Made by a program: the position numbers and the translations under genes
Shown here: positions 9,357-19,257 of the stretch, in pieces
Position numbering within the stretch: position 1 is the stretch's first letter
Layout of the letters: each line of letters opens with the position of its first letter
The notes under the pieces: model-generated
Databases searched by the model: none
Told to the model about the DNA's origin: nothing
What the model saw: the letters and a program-made list of their open reading frames with translations, nothing else
Assembly (NCBI GenBank): GCA_963536345.1
Contig: CAUTAH010000005.1
Coordinates: 7,898 to 71,897, forward strand
Length of the DNA stretch: 64,000 nucleotides
From: an uncultured Actinomyces sp.
Lineage (GTDB): Bacteria; Actinomycetota; Actinomycetes; Actinomycetales; Actinomycetaceae
Reading direction: 5' to 3'

Positions 9357-10604
9357 ATGCAGGCTCTCATGGATTTTGTTCATAACCCGGTGGCACCCAT
9401 CATTTTGGTGGGAGTCATTGTTGTGCTCGTTGGTGCGATTCTTGCCTTCGCGCGCTCGCGTAAGCCGAAGGATGCCCAGCTTCCTCCCGCTACGCCTACA
9501 CAGGTGCCTGCCGAGGCCGCGCCTGAAGAACCCCGTGAAAGCGAGGTGGGCGACTCCGATCAGATTCGCGCCGGGCCGGTTGCCGACGAAGAGACCGCTG
9601 CGGAGGGGGACGCGGGCGTTGAGCCTGCCTCGGCCTCGGAAGAAGAACCTGCCCAAGAAGTTGAGGTTCCCGAGTCGATTCCTTCGCGCATGGGACGCCT
9701 CCGTGCGCGTCTGGCGCGCTCCGGTGCGCTGGGCAAGTCCCTACTTTCCCTTCTGTCTAGGGGAGACCTATCGGCTACCGATTGGGAAGAGATTGAAGAC
9801 TCCCTGCTGATCGCGGACTTGGGATTGGACGCAACCGAAGAGCTCATGGAGGCTCTCCGTACGCGCGTCAAGGTTGAAAATACCTCGGATCCGCAGGTCG
9901 TTCGTGCTCTCTTGCGCGAAGAACTGCTCAAGCTTGTTGGGCCAGACATGGACCGCTCCGTCAACCTCGGTGTCCGCGACGTCGACGGTGTTCGAGTCCC
10001 AGCAACGATTTTGATGGTGGGCGTGAACGGTACCGGTAAGACCACGACGACCGGAAAGATGGCGCGTATTTTCCGCGCTGAAGGACACGAAGTTCTCCTT
10101 GGTGCGGCTGATACTTTCCGCGCAGCTGCTGCCGATCAGCTTGAAACCTGGGGAAGTCGCGTGGGTGTTGGCGTTGTCCGTTCTGAGCGTGAGGGAGCGG
10201 ATCCCGCATCAGTTGCTTTTGAATCGGTTGAAGAAGGCATTCGTCGAGGCTGTGACATCGTCATGGTGGATACGGCTGGTCGACTTCAAACGAAGTCTGC
10301 GCTCATGGATGAACTTGGCAAAGTGAAGCGCGTGATGGAAAAGCACGCGCCCGTGAGCGAAGTTCTTTTGGTCTTGGACGCAACTACCGGTCAAAACGGC
10401 TTGCGACAGGCAGAAGTGTTTGCTGAGGTTGCAGGGGTGACGGGCATTGTCTTGTCGAAGCTTGATGGCTCAGCGAAGGGCGGAATCGTCGTTTCTGTCC
10501 AGCGCACTCTGGGCGTTCCTGTGAAGTTTGTCGGGCTTGGAGAAGGCCCAGACGACCTCGCACCTTTCGACCCGAACTCGTTTGTTGATGCGATCGTGGG
10601 CTAG
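9357..10604 (+). CDS. ftsY: SRP receptor FtsY
   Basis: GVNGTGKTTT, DTFRAAA, DTAGR, KLDGSAKGG; N-terminal TM and acidic linker. Confidence 0.97.
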   Translation: MQALMDFVHNPVAPIILVGVIVVLVGAILAFARSRKPKDAQLPPATPTQVPAEAAPEEPRESEVGDSDQIRAGPVADEETAAEGDAGVEPASASEEEPAQEVEVPESIPSRMGRLRARLARSGALGKSLLSLLSRGDLSATDWEEIEDSLLIADLGLDATEELMEALRTRVKVENTSDPQVVRALLREELLKLVGPDMDRSVNLGVRDVDGVRVPATILMVGVNGTGKTTTTGKMARIFRAEGHEVLLGAADTFRAAAADQLETWGSRVGVGVVRSEREGADPASVAFESVEEGIRRGCDIVMVDTAGRLQTKSALMDELGKVKRVMEKHAPVSEVLLVLDATTGQNGLRQAEVFAEVAGVTGIVLSKLDGSAKGGIVVSVQRTLGVPVKFVGLGEGPDDLAPFDPNSFVDAIVG

Positions 10605-10661
10605 AACCCACTACCCTTAAAACCTGGTTCTGTATTTTTGTGCTCGTGAGGAGTAGTCACA

Positions 10662-12257
10662 GTGGCTTTCTCGGATCTGTCTGATCGTTTGACAGCGTCT
10701 TTTAAGAAGCTGCGTTCGCGCGGTGTATTGACCGAGTCTGATGTTGATCAGACCATCAGCGAGATTCGACGCGCACTCTTGGATGCCGACGTCGCACTGC
10801 CCGTTGTTCGCGAGTTCACGACGCAGGTTCGCCAGAAGGCCTATGGTGCCGCTCGCTCTCGTGCTCTCAATCCTGGTCAGCAAGTCGTTCGAATCGTTCA
10901 CGACGAACTGGTCGAGATTCTTGGTGGTGAAACCCGAGAGCTCCACTTCGCTCAGCGCGGTCCCACAGTCTTCATGCTCGCTGGTCTGCAGGGTGCAGGT
11001 AAGACGACTTTGGCCGGAAAGCTTGGAAAGTGGCTGCGCGAAGAAGGCAAGTCTGTCTTGCTCGTTGCTTCAGACCTCCAGCGCCCCAATGCGGTTGGTC
11101 AGCTGCAAATCGTTGGTGAGCGTGCGGGCGTTCAGGTGTGGGCGCCACAGCCCGGTAATGGTGTCGGCGATCCGGTTCAAGTAGCTCGCTCGGGCCTTGA
11201 CTATGCGATTACGAACGGCATCAACGTTGTGATCGTTGATACCGCGGGTCGCTTGGGCGTTGACGAAGAAATGATGGCCCAGGCCATTGCCATTCGCGAG
11301 GCCGTCAACCCCCACGAAGTCATGTTTGTCCTAGACGCGATGATCGGTCAGGACGCTGTTAATACGGCGACTGCTTTCCGTGACGGTGTGGGCTTTACGG
11401 GCGTTGTTCTTTCCAAACTCGATGGTGATGCCCGAGGCGGTGCTGCGCTCTCTGTCCGAGGCGTGACGGGTGCGCCCATCCTCTTTGCTTCAACGGGCGA
11501 AGGCTTGGATGACTTCGAGCGTTTCCATGCAGATCGCATGGCCAGCCGTATCCTCGATATGGGCGACATCATGACGCTCATCGAGCAGGCCGAAAAGCGC
11601 CTCGATGCTGAAGAAGCAGAGAAGATGGCCAAGAAGGCCATGTCCGGTGAACTCACCTTGGACGACTTCCTCAGCCAGCTCCAACAGGTCCGCAAGCTGG
11701 GTTCAATGAAGAAGGTTCTGGGAATGATTCCCGGAATGGCCCAGATGCGCGATCAGCTTGAGAACTTCGATGAACGCGAGGTGAATCGCGTCGAGGCGAT
11801 TGTTCGCTCGATGACGCCCGCCGAACGCGCAGATGTTTCGATTCTCAACGGCTCACGCCGTGCTCGTATTGCTCGCGGTTCTGGCGTCACGGTTGCTGAG
11901 GTCAATAATCTGGTCAAGCGTTTTGAAGCTGCGAAGACCATGATGGGGCAAATGGGTCAGATGGGACCGGGAGGAATGCCCGGAATGGGATCCATGCCCG
12001 GAAGCGGCGGAAAAGCAAAGCAGAAGGCGCAAGCTCGTAAGGACCGTGCTCAGCGAGCACGCGTGGCCAAGAAGGCACGTAGTGGTAACCCTGCAAAGCG
12101 TCGTCAGCAAGAACTCGAGGCCCTGCTTCCTCCCGAACAGCGTTCGAGTGCGCCCTCGGGTTCGGCTTTTGGTGTGAGCGAGGCCCCGCAAGAAGGCCCT
12201 CGCCCGACTTTGGATGATCTTCCTGAAGATATCCGTCGAATGCTCGGCCGTTCCTGA
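10662..12257 (+). CDS. ffh: Signal recognition particle protein
   Basis: GLQGAGKTT, DTAGRL, KLDGDARGG, Met-rich M domain. Confidence 0.97.
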   Translation: MAFSDLSDRLTASFKKLRSRGVLTESDVDQTISEIRRALLDADVALPVVREFTTQVRQKAYGAARSRALNPGQQVVRIVHDELVEILGGETRELHFAQRGPTVFMLAGLQGAGKTTLAGKLGKWLREEGKSVLLVASDLQRPNAVGQLQIVGERAGVQVWAPQPGNGVGDPVQVARSGLDYAITNGINVVIVDTAGRLGVDEEMMAQAIAIREAVNPHEVMFVLDAMIGQDAVNTATAFRDGVGFTGVVLSKLDGDARGGAALSVRGVTGAPILFASTGEGLDDFERFHADRMASRILDMGDIMTLIEQAEKRLDAEEAEKMAKKAMSGELTLDDFLSQLQQVRKLGSMKKVLGMIPGMAQMRDQLENFDEREVNRVEAIVRSMTPAERADVSILNGSRRARIARGSGVTVAEVNNLVKRFEAAKTMMGQMGQMGPGGMPGMGSMPGSGGKAKQKAQARKDRAQRARVAKKARSGNPAKRRQQELEALLPPEQRSSAPSGSAFGVSEAPQEGPRPTLDDLPEDIRRMLGRS

Positions 12258-13345
12258 TGTATTTTGACGGGCATTTGTTGACCGAATCGGGTTGGGTTCG
12301 CGGTGTGTGGGCCCTTGCTCCGGTCATTTCGCCCGTTGATGCTATTCCGCGAGGAGCACAGGTTGTACGCGGGTGGGCTACCCCCGGCCTCGTCGATGCG
12401 CACTGTCATATCGGTGTCGGTCACGGTGCCCGCGTTCTGAGTGCAGATGAACAGCGCGGACAGCTTCGCACTGAGCTCAGTGCGGGTGTGACACTTCTGC
12501 GTGATTGCGGTTCTCCCGTCGATACCTCGTGGGTTCAAGGAGAGGCTGGTCTACCAGTCCTTATCCGATGCGGTCGTCACATCGCTCGCCCGAAGCGTTA
12601 TATCCGAGGCCTTGCTCGCGAGGTTGAGGATGCCAGGGATCTTACTGCGGTTGCGCTTGAAGAACTGGCACGTGGCGACGGCTGGGTGAAGATCGTGGGG
12701 GACTGGATCGATCGCAGTAGGGGAAGGGACGCGGATCTTGAGCCTTTGTGGCCTCGCGGTGCGCTTGTCGAGGCCGTCGCGGCGGTGCACGAGTCAGGTG
12801 GCCGCGTCGCTGTTCACGCCTTTTCTCATCGCGTCATTGATGATCTCTTAGAAGCTGGAGTGGACAATATTGAACACGCCAGCGGAATGGATCGAGACCA
12901 GATTGCTGAGGCATGTTCCCGGGGCGTAGCAGTGTCAGTCACTATGCTGCAACGCGAACTTTTTGGGGAGTTTGCCGAGCAGAGTCGCATCAAGTATCCG
13001 CGTTACTCGGCAACGATGAAGGGGCTATCGAAGAATCGATATGAACAGGCGCAGCTTCTTTTCGACTCGGGGATAACGATTTTGCCGGCAAGTGATACCG
13101 GTGGTTATCAAGAGCCCGGGAGTATTCGCAGTGAACTTGACGCATGGGCTGGCTTGGGAGTTCCAGCCGATGAGATCCTGTCGCGTGCAACGCTCAAGGC
13201 TCGACAGTATCTAAGATCCACTGCGGGTTTTGTTGGCGGGTGCGCGGATCTAATGATTTATGAACAATGCCCCTCGCGCTCGGTTGACGCTCTTCTTCAT
13301 CCGACGCAGATTTGCCGCGAAGGAATGCTTGTCGCCTCGGTGTAG
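12257..13345 (+). CDS. Amidohydrolase family protein
   Basis: PGLVDAHCH metal motif, VAVHA, IEHA; usual ffh-rpsP position. Confidence 0.85.
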   Translation: MYFDGHLLTESGWVRGVWALAPVISPVDAIPRGAQVVRGWATPGLVDAHCHIGVGHGARVLSADEQRGQLRTELSAGVTLLRDCGSPVDTSWVQGEAGLPVLIRCGRHIARPKRYIRGLAREVEDARDLTAVALEELARGDGWVKIVGDWIDRSRGRDADLEPLWPRGALVEAVAAVHESGGRVAVHAFSHRVIDDLLEAGVDNIEHASGMDRDQIAEACSRGVAVSVTMLQRELFGEFAEQSRIKYPRYSATMKGLSKNRYEQAQLLFDSGITILPASDTGGYQEPGSIRSELDAWAGLGVPADEILSRATLKARQYLRSTAGFVGGCADLMIYEQCPSRSVDALLHPTQICREGMLVASV

Positions 13346-13352
13346 GCTCGGA

Positions 13353-13392
13353 TTCAATCCTGGCGGTGATGAAGACCACCGCCAGGATTGAA
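13353..13392. terminator. Inverted repeat after the amidohydrolase gene
   Basis: TTCAATCCTGGCGGTG-N8-CACCGCCAGGATTGAA. Confidence 0.7.
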
Positions 13393-13570
13393 GTCTTTAT
13401 TCCAATCGGCTTGGAATAACCCTTTATTACTGGCATAATTGTTCGCTGTACTCGACGTGCGAAGAGCCCTCTCATCTGAGTTCGTCGCGTCCCGGGATAA
13501 TCATCGTTTGTGTTTCCCTACCTGACGCATGTCTGTCCCACACCGATTTGAAACAGGAGTGACCACAACA

Positions 13571-14059
13571 GTGGCAGTTCGCATTCGTTTGAAGCGCATG
13601 GGCAAGATCCATGCACCCGTTTACCGTGTCGTTGTCGTTGACTCGCGCAAGAAGCGTGACGGCCGCGTCATCGAAGAGGTCGGTCTGTATGATCCGACCC
13701 CGAACCCCTCGACCATCGAGATCAAGTCTGACCGCGTGCAGTACTGGCTCGGCGTGGGCGCACAGCCCTCGGACCAGGTTCGTAACCTGCTCGTCCTGAC
13801 CGGCGATATCGCTCGCTTCAATGGCAAGGCTGACGCAGTGTCCCGCGTTCAGTACGCAGATGCCGACAAGGCAGCCGCTGCTGCTCAGGCCATTAAGGAC
13901 GCCGAAGCCGCTGCTGAAAAGCGCAAGGCCGACGCCTCCGCCAAGAAGGCTGAGGAAGAAGCTGCTCGCAAGGCTGAAGAAGAAGCCGCACAGGCCGCTG
14001 CCGCTGAAGAAGCTGCAGAAGAGCCCAAGGCTGAAGAAGAAGCCGGCGAGGAAGCCTGA
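13571..14059 (+). CDS. rpsP: 30S ribosomal protein S16
   Basis: (M)[21 protein letters not shown]; actinobacterial Ala/Glu-rich tail. Confidence 0.97.
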   Translation: MAVRIRLKRMGKIHAPVYRVVVVDSRKKRDGRVIEEVGLYDPTPNPSTIEIKSDRVQYWLGVGAQPSDQVRNLLVLTGDIARFNGKADAVSRVQYADADKAAAAAQAIKDAEAAAEKRKADASAKKAEEEAARKAEEEAAQAAAAEEAAEEPKAEEEAGEEA

Positions 14060-14061
14060 TT

Positions 14062-14301
14062 ATGCTTGCTGATGCACTCGAACACCTGGTCAGCGGAATT
14101 GTTGACCACCCCGAAGACGTGCGGGTTTCATCCCGTTCCATGCGTCGCGGGCAGATGCTTGAGGTTCGCGTGAACCCGGAGGATCTGGGACGTGTCATCG
14201 GTCGTGGTGGTCGCACGGCTCGTGCGCTACGCACGGTGGTCAACGCACTCTCCCCGCGTGGGAATGTTCGCGTTGATGTTGTTGACACCGACCGCGAGTG
14301 A
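14062..14301 (+). CDS. khpA: KH-domain RNA-binding protein
   Basis: DLGRVIGRGGRT GxxG loop; lies between rpsP and rimM. Confidence 0.92.
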   Translation: MLADALEHLVSGIVDHPEDVRVSSRSMRRGQMLEVRVNPEDLGRVIGRGGRTARALRTVVNALSPRGNVRVDVVDTDRE

Positions 14302-14315
14302 CAACGCAGTGATCT

Positions 14316-14350
14316 CAAACGGGGACCTGGCTCGATCAGGTCCCCGTTTG
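14316..14350 (+). terminator. Hairpin after rpsP-khpA
   Basis: CAAACGGGGACCTG...CAGGTCCCCGTTTG. Confidence 0.75.
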
Positions 14351-14375
14351 TCGTTCCTATGACAAGGACTTTCCC

Positions 14376-14882
14376 ATGCTTATGACGGCAGCACTGATTG
14401 GCCCCGCACACGGACTACGCGGGGAAGTGATTCTCGATATCCGTAGCGATGATCCCGAACTTTTCATCAGCGGGACAGTTTTTGAAACCTCGGAGCAGTC
14501 CATGCCCGAGCTGACGCTTCGCTCCATCCGTCAGCATAAGGAACGCGTGGTCGCCTTATTCGAGGAAGTGAGCGACCGCGAAGGTGCAGAAGCTCTTCGA
14601 GGCGTACGTCTGCTGACCGACGAACGCGAAGAAGAAGATGCCTGGTATCCTCACCAGCTCAAAGGCCTGCAAGCACTTGATCTGCAAGGCCAGACCCTGG
14701 GAACCGTTAAGGGAATTCAGATGGGGGCGGCCCAAGATCTGCTCTTAGTCGCAACTCAGAGTGGTGTTGTGATGGTTCCTTTTGTTCACCAAATCGTTCC
14801 CGAGGTCGATGTCGAGGGTGGAACCGTCACCATCGATCCGCTGCCTGGTCTTTTTGACGACGACGCTGTTGAAGCACGCTGA
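14376..14882 (+). CDS. rimM: Ribosome maturation factor RimM
   Basis: [29 protein letters not shown]. Confidence 0.95.
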   Translation: MLMTAALIGPAHGLRGEVILDIRSDDPELFISGTVFETSEQSMPELTLRSIRQHKERVVALFEEVSDREGAEALRGVRLLTDEREEEDAWYPHQLKGLQALDLQGQTLGTVKGIQMGAAQDLLLVATQSGVVMVPFVHQIVPEVDVEGGTVTIDPLPGLFDDDAVEAR

Positions 14883-14905
14883 TTCGAGCAGGGAAGAAAC
14901 CACGA

Positions 14906-16219
14906 ATGCGCATTGATCTGATCAGTATTTTCCCGCAGTACTTTTCTGTTCTTGACCTTTCCCTCATGGGTAAAGCAAGAACTAGTGGGCACTTAGATAT
15001 TCGCGTTCATGATTTGCGCGAATGGACTCACGATCGCCACCGAACAGTTGACGACACTCCCTACGGTGGTGGCGCCGGAATGGTCATGAAGCCCGATGTC
15101 TGGGGTGAAGCGCTCGACGATATTATCGGTGACTCCACAAATTGCGTTTTAGCCGTCCCCACTCCCTCCGGTATTCCTTTTACCCAAAAGAAAGCCCAAG
15201 AATTCGCAGCTTTTGATCGCATCATTGTGGCGTGCGGGCGCTATGAAGGAATCGACCAACGCGTCGCTGACCACTACCGAAGCCGCGGCCTCGTCGTTGA
15301 AGAATTTTCGATCGGCGATTATGTCCTCAACGGGGGAGAAGTGGCCGCGCTCGTGCTTGTCGAGGCCGTTGGCCGCTTGCTTGACGGTGTGATCGGGAAT
15401 CCTGATTCTTTGGTTGAGGAATCACACAGTGGCATTGGACTCTTGGAGTACCCTGTCTACACGAAACCTCAGTCGTGGCGAGGGCTTGAGGTTCCATCGG
15501 TTCTCATGAGCGGAGATCACGCGAAGATCGAACGATGGAGGAGTGACCGTTCGCTTGAACGAACCACTCGTCGACGTCCCGATATTATTTCGCGTATCGA
15601 TCCACATCAGCTTTCAACTCGCGACCGTGAAGTTATTGCGGCGCACGGCTTGCTCGTTTGCGATGATGGGTTCAGGACTGTTGAGATTCGTCGCGCGAGG
15701 AAAGAAGAGGCCGAGGCGATCAGTGCGCTTGCCTCACGCACCTTCCCCCTCGCCGTGCCTGATATGATCCCCGCCGAGGCCGCGCAGGACTTTATCCGCA
15801 CGGGGCTGACTCCCGAGGTTTTTGCGAAGTATCTCGCTGATGAACACGCGCGGTGCTTTGTTGCCTGCAGCGACGGAGTACTCATTGCCTATTCTCTAGT
15901 CTTCCTTAATGCTCCAGCAGATATGCCGAGGGGAAATGGGAAATACCCCCTTGACGAGCATGCGGCATACCTATCGAAGTGCTACGCGGATCTCGATGTG
16001 CACGGCAGCGGAATCGCGGGAGCTTTGCTTGAGCACACGATTGACGCAGTTCGCCACGAAGGCGCGACGCAGATCGTCTTGGGAACCCACATCTACAACG
16101 AGCGCGCGCAGCGTTTCTATCGCAAACACGGTTTCAAGAAAGCGGGGCGACGTCATTTCCGACTCAATGATCACGTCGATGCCTCCGATGTGGTCATGGT
16201 TCGCCCTGAAGGCGTCTAA
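14906..16219 (+). CDS. trmD: tRNA (m1G37) methyltransferase fused to a C-terminal GNAT acetyltransferase
   Basis: [34 protein letters not shown]; last ~180 aa carry [10 protein letters not shown] and [13 protein letters not shown]. Confidence 0.93.
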   Translation: MRIDLISIFPQYFSVLDLSLMGKARTSGHLDIRVHDLREWTHDRHRTVDDTPYGGGAGMVMKPDVWGEALDDIIGDSTNCVLAVPTPSGIPFTQKKAQEFAAFDRIIVACGRYEGIDQRVADHYRSRGLVVEEFSIGDYVLNGGEVAALVLVEAVGRLLDGVIGNPDSLVEESHSGIGLLEYPVYTKPQSWRGLEVPSVLMSGDHAKIERWRSDRSLERTTRRRPDIISRIDPHQLSTRDREVIAAHGLLVCDDGFRTVEIRRARKEEAEAISALASRTFPLAVPDMIPAEAAQDFIRTGLTPEVFAKYLADEHARCFVACSDGVLIAYSLVFLNAPADMPRGNGKYPLDEHAAYLSKCYADLDVHGSGIAGALLEHTIDAVRHEGATQIVLGTHIYNERAQRFYRKHGFKKAGRRHFRLNDHVDASDVVMVRPEGV

Positions 16220-16432
16220 CTCGCTCTTTCGTAAGGCAAATCACCGTTTTTCGGGAAGGTTTTTTCTCTTGGCACTGTTCTTTTCCTCAAAGAATGTGGC
16301 AAACTTGAACGGTCTGTGTGTGGCGTAACCTGCCGCGGGGGGCCGCCGGATCATACGGACATATTCACGATCGCAGGCTTGACCTGCCGAAGAGACGTGA
16401 CTGACCTGCGGCAGAAGCGTCAAGGAGTAAAC

Positions 16433-16789
16433 ATGCAAAAGCTGGACGCCGTCGATGCAGCTTCGCTGCGCGAAGACATCCCTGCTTTCCGTTCCGGTGA
16501 CACCGTCAAGGTTCACGTGAAGGTTATCGAAGGTAACCGTTCGCGTATCCAGGTTTTCCAGGGCGTCGTTATCGCTCGCCGTGGCCACGGTGTGTCCGAA
16601 ACCTTCACCGTCCGTAAGATTTCCTTCGGTGTCGGTGTTGAGCGTACCTTCCCCCTGCACGCACCGACGATCGACAAGATCGAAGTTGTCGTCAAGGGCG
16701 ATGTGCGCCGCGCAAAGCTCTACTACCTGCGTGAGCGCCACGGTAAGGCTGCAAAGATCAAGGAGCACCGCTCCGGATCTGCCGAGTGA
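16433..16789 (+). CDS. rplS: 50S ribosomal protein L19
   Basis: [37 protein letters not shown]. Confidence 0.97.
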   Translation: MQKLDAVDAASLREDIPAFRSGDTVKVHVKVIEGNRSRIQVFQGVVIARRGHGVSETFTVRKISFGVGVERTFPLHAPTIDKIEVVVKGDVRRAKLYYLRERHGKAAKIKEHRSGSAE

Positions 16790-16805
16790 CACTCACTCGC
16801 GATTT

Positions 16806-16836
16806 AAGCCCGGTATCCTTAAGGATGCCGGGTTTT
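16806..16836 (+). terminator. Intrinsic terminator after rplS
   Basis: AAGCCCGGTATCCT-TA-AGGATGCCGGGTTTT. Confidence 0.8.
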
Positions 16837-16883
16837 CGCATACGTGTGAGAATTTACGGTAGTAAAAGGAAAGGGAACCGACT

Positions 16884-17636
16884 ATGAGCCGCCGTGGAAC
16901 GCGCGAAAAAAGTGTACGAATGCCAGTCGCTCACGGCCCCTCGATCAAAGACATCGAGCGTGCTGAGCGTCGCGCACGCAAGAACCCTCTCAATTGGCTG
17001 CGGGAGATGGCGATCATCATCATCTGCGCCCTTGTCATTTCTTCGCTGCTTCGCGCTTTTCTTGTGCAGGTCTTTTGGATCCCTTCCGCCTCGATGCGCA
17101 ACACCTTGATCGAACACGATCGGATCGCTGTTTCTCGAGTCTCGCAGTACACCGGTGATATCCGACGTGGTGACGTGGTCGTCTTCGATGACACTCTCGG
17201 GTGGCTGTCGAAAAATGATACGAAGAGCTCAAGCCCGCTTCGAAAGATCGCCGAATTTACGGGAATTCTTCCTGCCGGCGGTGAACAGACCTTGGTCAAG
17301 CGTGTGATTGGACTTGGCGGGGACCATGTCACCTGTTGCACGGCAGAAGGCAAGATCGAAGTTAACGGTGTCGCGATTAGCGAACCCTACCTTGCCAGCT
17401 CAGGTCCGGCCTCGTCGATGACTTTTGACGTCACTGTCCCCGAAGGGCACCTGTGGGTGATGGGGGATAACCGAACAAACTCGGCAGACTCTCGCTACCA
17501 CATGGGGAACGGACAGTCTCCCTACGTTCCCGAAAGTGCAGTGGTGGGGCGAGCGTTTGCGGTCATTTGGCCGACCAACCGCCTTACGTGGCTTGGAGAT
17601 CGCTCGGTTTTCTCCGGAGTTCCTGATCCTCAATGA
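16884..17636 (+). CDS. lepB: Signal peptidase I
   Basis: IPSASM catalytic Ser, LVKRVIG Lys, MGDNRTNSADSR. Confidence 0.95.
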   Translation: MSRRGTREKSVRMPVAHGPSIKDIERAERRARKNPLNWLREMAIIIICALVISSLLRAFLVQVFWIPSASMRNTLIEHDRIAVSRVSQYTGDIRRGDVVVFDDTLGWLSKNDTKSSSPLRKIAEFTGILPAGGEQTLVKRVIGLGGDHVTCCTAEGKIEVNGVAISEPYLASSGPASSMTFDVTVPEGHLWVMGDNRTNSADSRYHMGNGQSPYVPESAVVGRAFAVIWPTNRLTWLGDRSVFSGVPDPQ

Positions 17637-18340
17637 CCTCCTCTTTGCAGGCGCCTCGACAGCGCTCAGCTAAGCTGCAGCCCACGCGTGAGTGGGAGCA
17701 AGAACTGCAGTCTCGTTTCGGCGTTGTTGCAGGAATGGACGAGGTCGGGCGAGGTGCACTTGCAGGCCCGGTGTGCGTCGGTCTTGCTTTTGCGCCTCCT
17801 ACCGGAGTTGATGTTCTTCCCGGGCTTGCCGATTCAAAAATGCTCAGTATTCGTGCGCGCGAGGCCTTATATGAGCCGGTTTATCAGTGGAGTCCTTGCA
17901 TTGAAATCGGGCAGGCCAGTAACACTGAGATTGATCGTTTTGGAATTGTTGCGGCCTTGAGGCTGGCGGGGCGTCGAGCCATGAAGGCTGCACAGGCTCG
18001 TGGTTTCAATGCCGATGTCATCATTTTGGATGGAAGCCATGATTGGCTGAGCGACTCGCCGGATCTTTTTGCAAGTTTTGACGGTCCTTCCTATCCCGAT
18101 ATCGCTGTTCCACCTGTTGTGACACGGGTAAAAGCGGATGCGCATTGTGCGGTTGTATCGGCAGCGTCTGTTGCAGCGAAGGTGTATCGCGACCGCTTGA
18201 TGATGGAGTGTGAGGACCCGGGGTATGACTGGGCCGGGAATAAGGGGTATTCCTCAGCAGCTCATATTCGCGGACTCCGTGAGCTGGGAGCTTCTGACTT
18301 TCATCGACGCTCGTGGAAACTTCCGGGTGTCGACGAATAA
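17633..18340 (+). CDS. rnhB: Ribonuclease HII
   Basis: GMDEVGRGALAGP, DSK, ILDG, SAASVAAKVYRD. Confidence 0.95.
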   Translation: MTSSLQAPRQRSAKLQPTREWEQELQSRFGVVAGMDEVGRGALAGPVCVGLAFAPPTGVDVLPGLADSKMLSIRAREALYEPVYQWSPCIEIGQASNTEIDRFGIVAALRLAGRRAMKAAQARGFNADVIILDGSHDWLSDSPDLFASFDGPSYPDIAVPPVVTRVKADAHCAVVSAASVAAKVYRDRLMMECEDPGYDWAGNKGYSSAAHIRGLRELGASDFHRRSWKLPGVDE

Positions 18341-18388
18341 AAGACACTGCGGCCCTCTAAGATACTGAGAGCAACACAGGAGGCCGTC

Positions 18389-18688
18389 ATGTCGAACGAT
18401 ATTGAATCTTACGAGAATAATCTCGAACTAGCGCTTTTCCGCGAATATCGCGACGTCATCGGACTCTTTAAGTACGTTGTCGAAACCGAACGCCGTTTCT
18501 ACCTGTGCAATCACGTTGATGTACAAGCTCGACCTGTTGGCGGCGATATTTTCTTTGAGCTGACCCTGACCGACGCCTGGGTCTGGGATATCTATCGTTC
18601 TTCGCGTTTCGTTCACTCTGTCCGCGTTGTTACCTACAAGGACGTCAACGTCGAGGAGCTCAACAAGCCTGAACTTCCTCTTGCTTAA
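18389..18688 (+). CDS. DUF2469-family conserved actinobacterial protein
   Basis: YVVETERRFYLCN, DAWVWDIYR; usual position after rnhB. Confidence 0.85.
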   Translation: MSNDIESYENNLELALFREYRDVIGLFKYVVETERRFYLCNHVDVQARPVGGDIFFELTLTDAWVWDIYRSSRFVHSVRVVTYKDVNVEELNKPELPLA

Positions 18689-18750
18689 GGACGGTATAGC
18701 GAGGTTTCGCCGCAGGAAGCTGGCGACCTATTGTTGTTCAGGAAACGGTT

Positions 18751-18791
18751 TTATCCACAGGGTGACCTCTGAACGGCGTTTCCCACAGATT
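18751..18791 (+). promoter_or_regulatory. Bipartite motif copy 1 (perfect DnaA box TTATCCACA plus second box) upstream of yraN
   Basis: TTATCCACAGG-N12-CGGCGTTTCCCACAGATT; near-identical inverted copy at 23474-23515. Confidence 0.7.
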
Positions 18792-18852
18792 CCCCGTCCT
18801 ACCTAACTTTTGCTTGCTGTACCTGCCATTCTTCCTCTCAAGGGAAGGAGTA

Positions 18853-19257
18853 ATGGTGGATCACAGAAAATACCTTGGCCAGGCAGGGGAGGAGTATGCC
18901 TGCCGCTTCATCGAAGACAACGGCCTAGAAATTCTTGAACGAAATTGGCGTGATTCGCGGCGCGGAGAACTCGACATTCTTGCGCGTGAGGGGCGCACAG
19001 CGGTTGTTGTCGAGGTTCGCACACGAATCGGCACAACGTATGGGAGTGCACTGGAGTCTGTTGACACTCGCAAAGTGCTCCAGTTGCGGCGCCTTGCTGC
19101 CCGATGGGCGCATCAGCACTCCTCCTTTTCCAAGCTCCGCATTGATGTCATTGCTCTGACTGTCCCTCGCGGGTGCGCAGAAGAAGTGCGCGAAGGCGGA
19201 AGAGCCGATTTCGATCGCTATCCACCGAAAATCGAGTGGGTGAGGGGCATCGCATGA
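18853..19257 (+). CDS. yraN: YraN-family nuclease
   Basis: LGQAGEEYA, ILERNWR, GELDIL, VEVRTR, RIDVIA. Confidence 0.9.
   Translation: MVDHRKYLGQAGEEYACRFIEDNGLEILERNWRDSRRGELDILAREGRTAVVVEVRTRIGTTYGSALESVDTRKVLQLRRLAARWAHQHSSFSKLRIDVIALTVPRGCAEEVREGGRADFDRYPPKIEWVRGIA

Noticed and set aside
13860..14059. Repetitive GCT/GAA-rich tract in rpsP and GGA-ATG repeats in ffh (about 11940-12000)
   Set aside because: These encode low-complexity protein tails common in actinobacterial S16 and Ffh; they are not DNA repeat arrays or CRISPR.
18751..18791. Replication origin
   Set aside because: Only two boxes per site, no dnaA/dnaN nearby and no AT-rich unwinding element.
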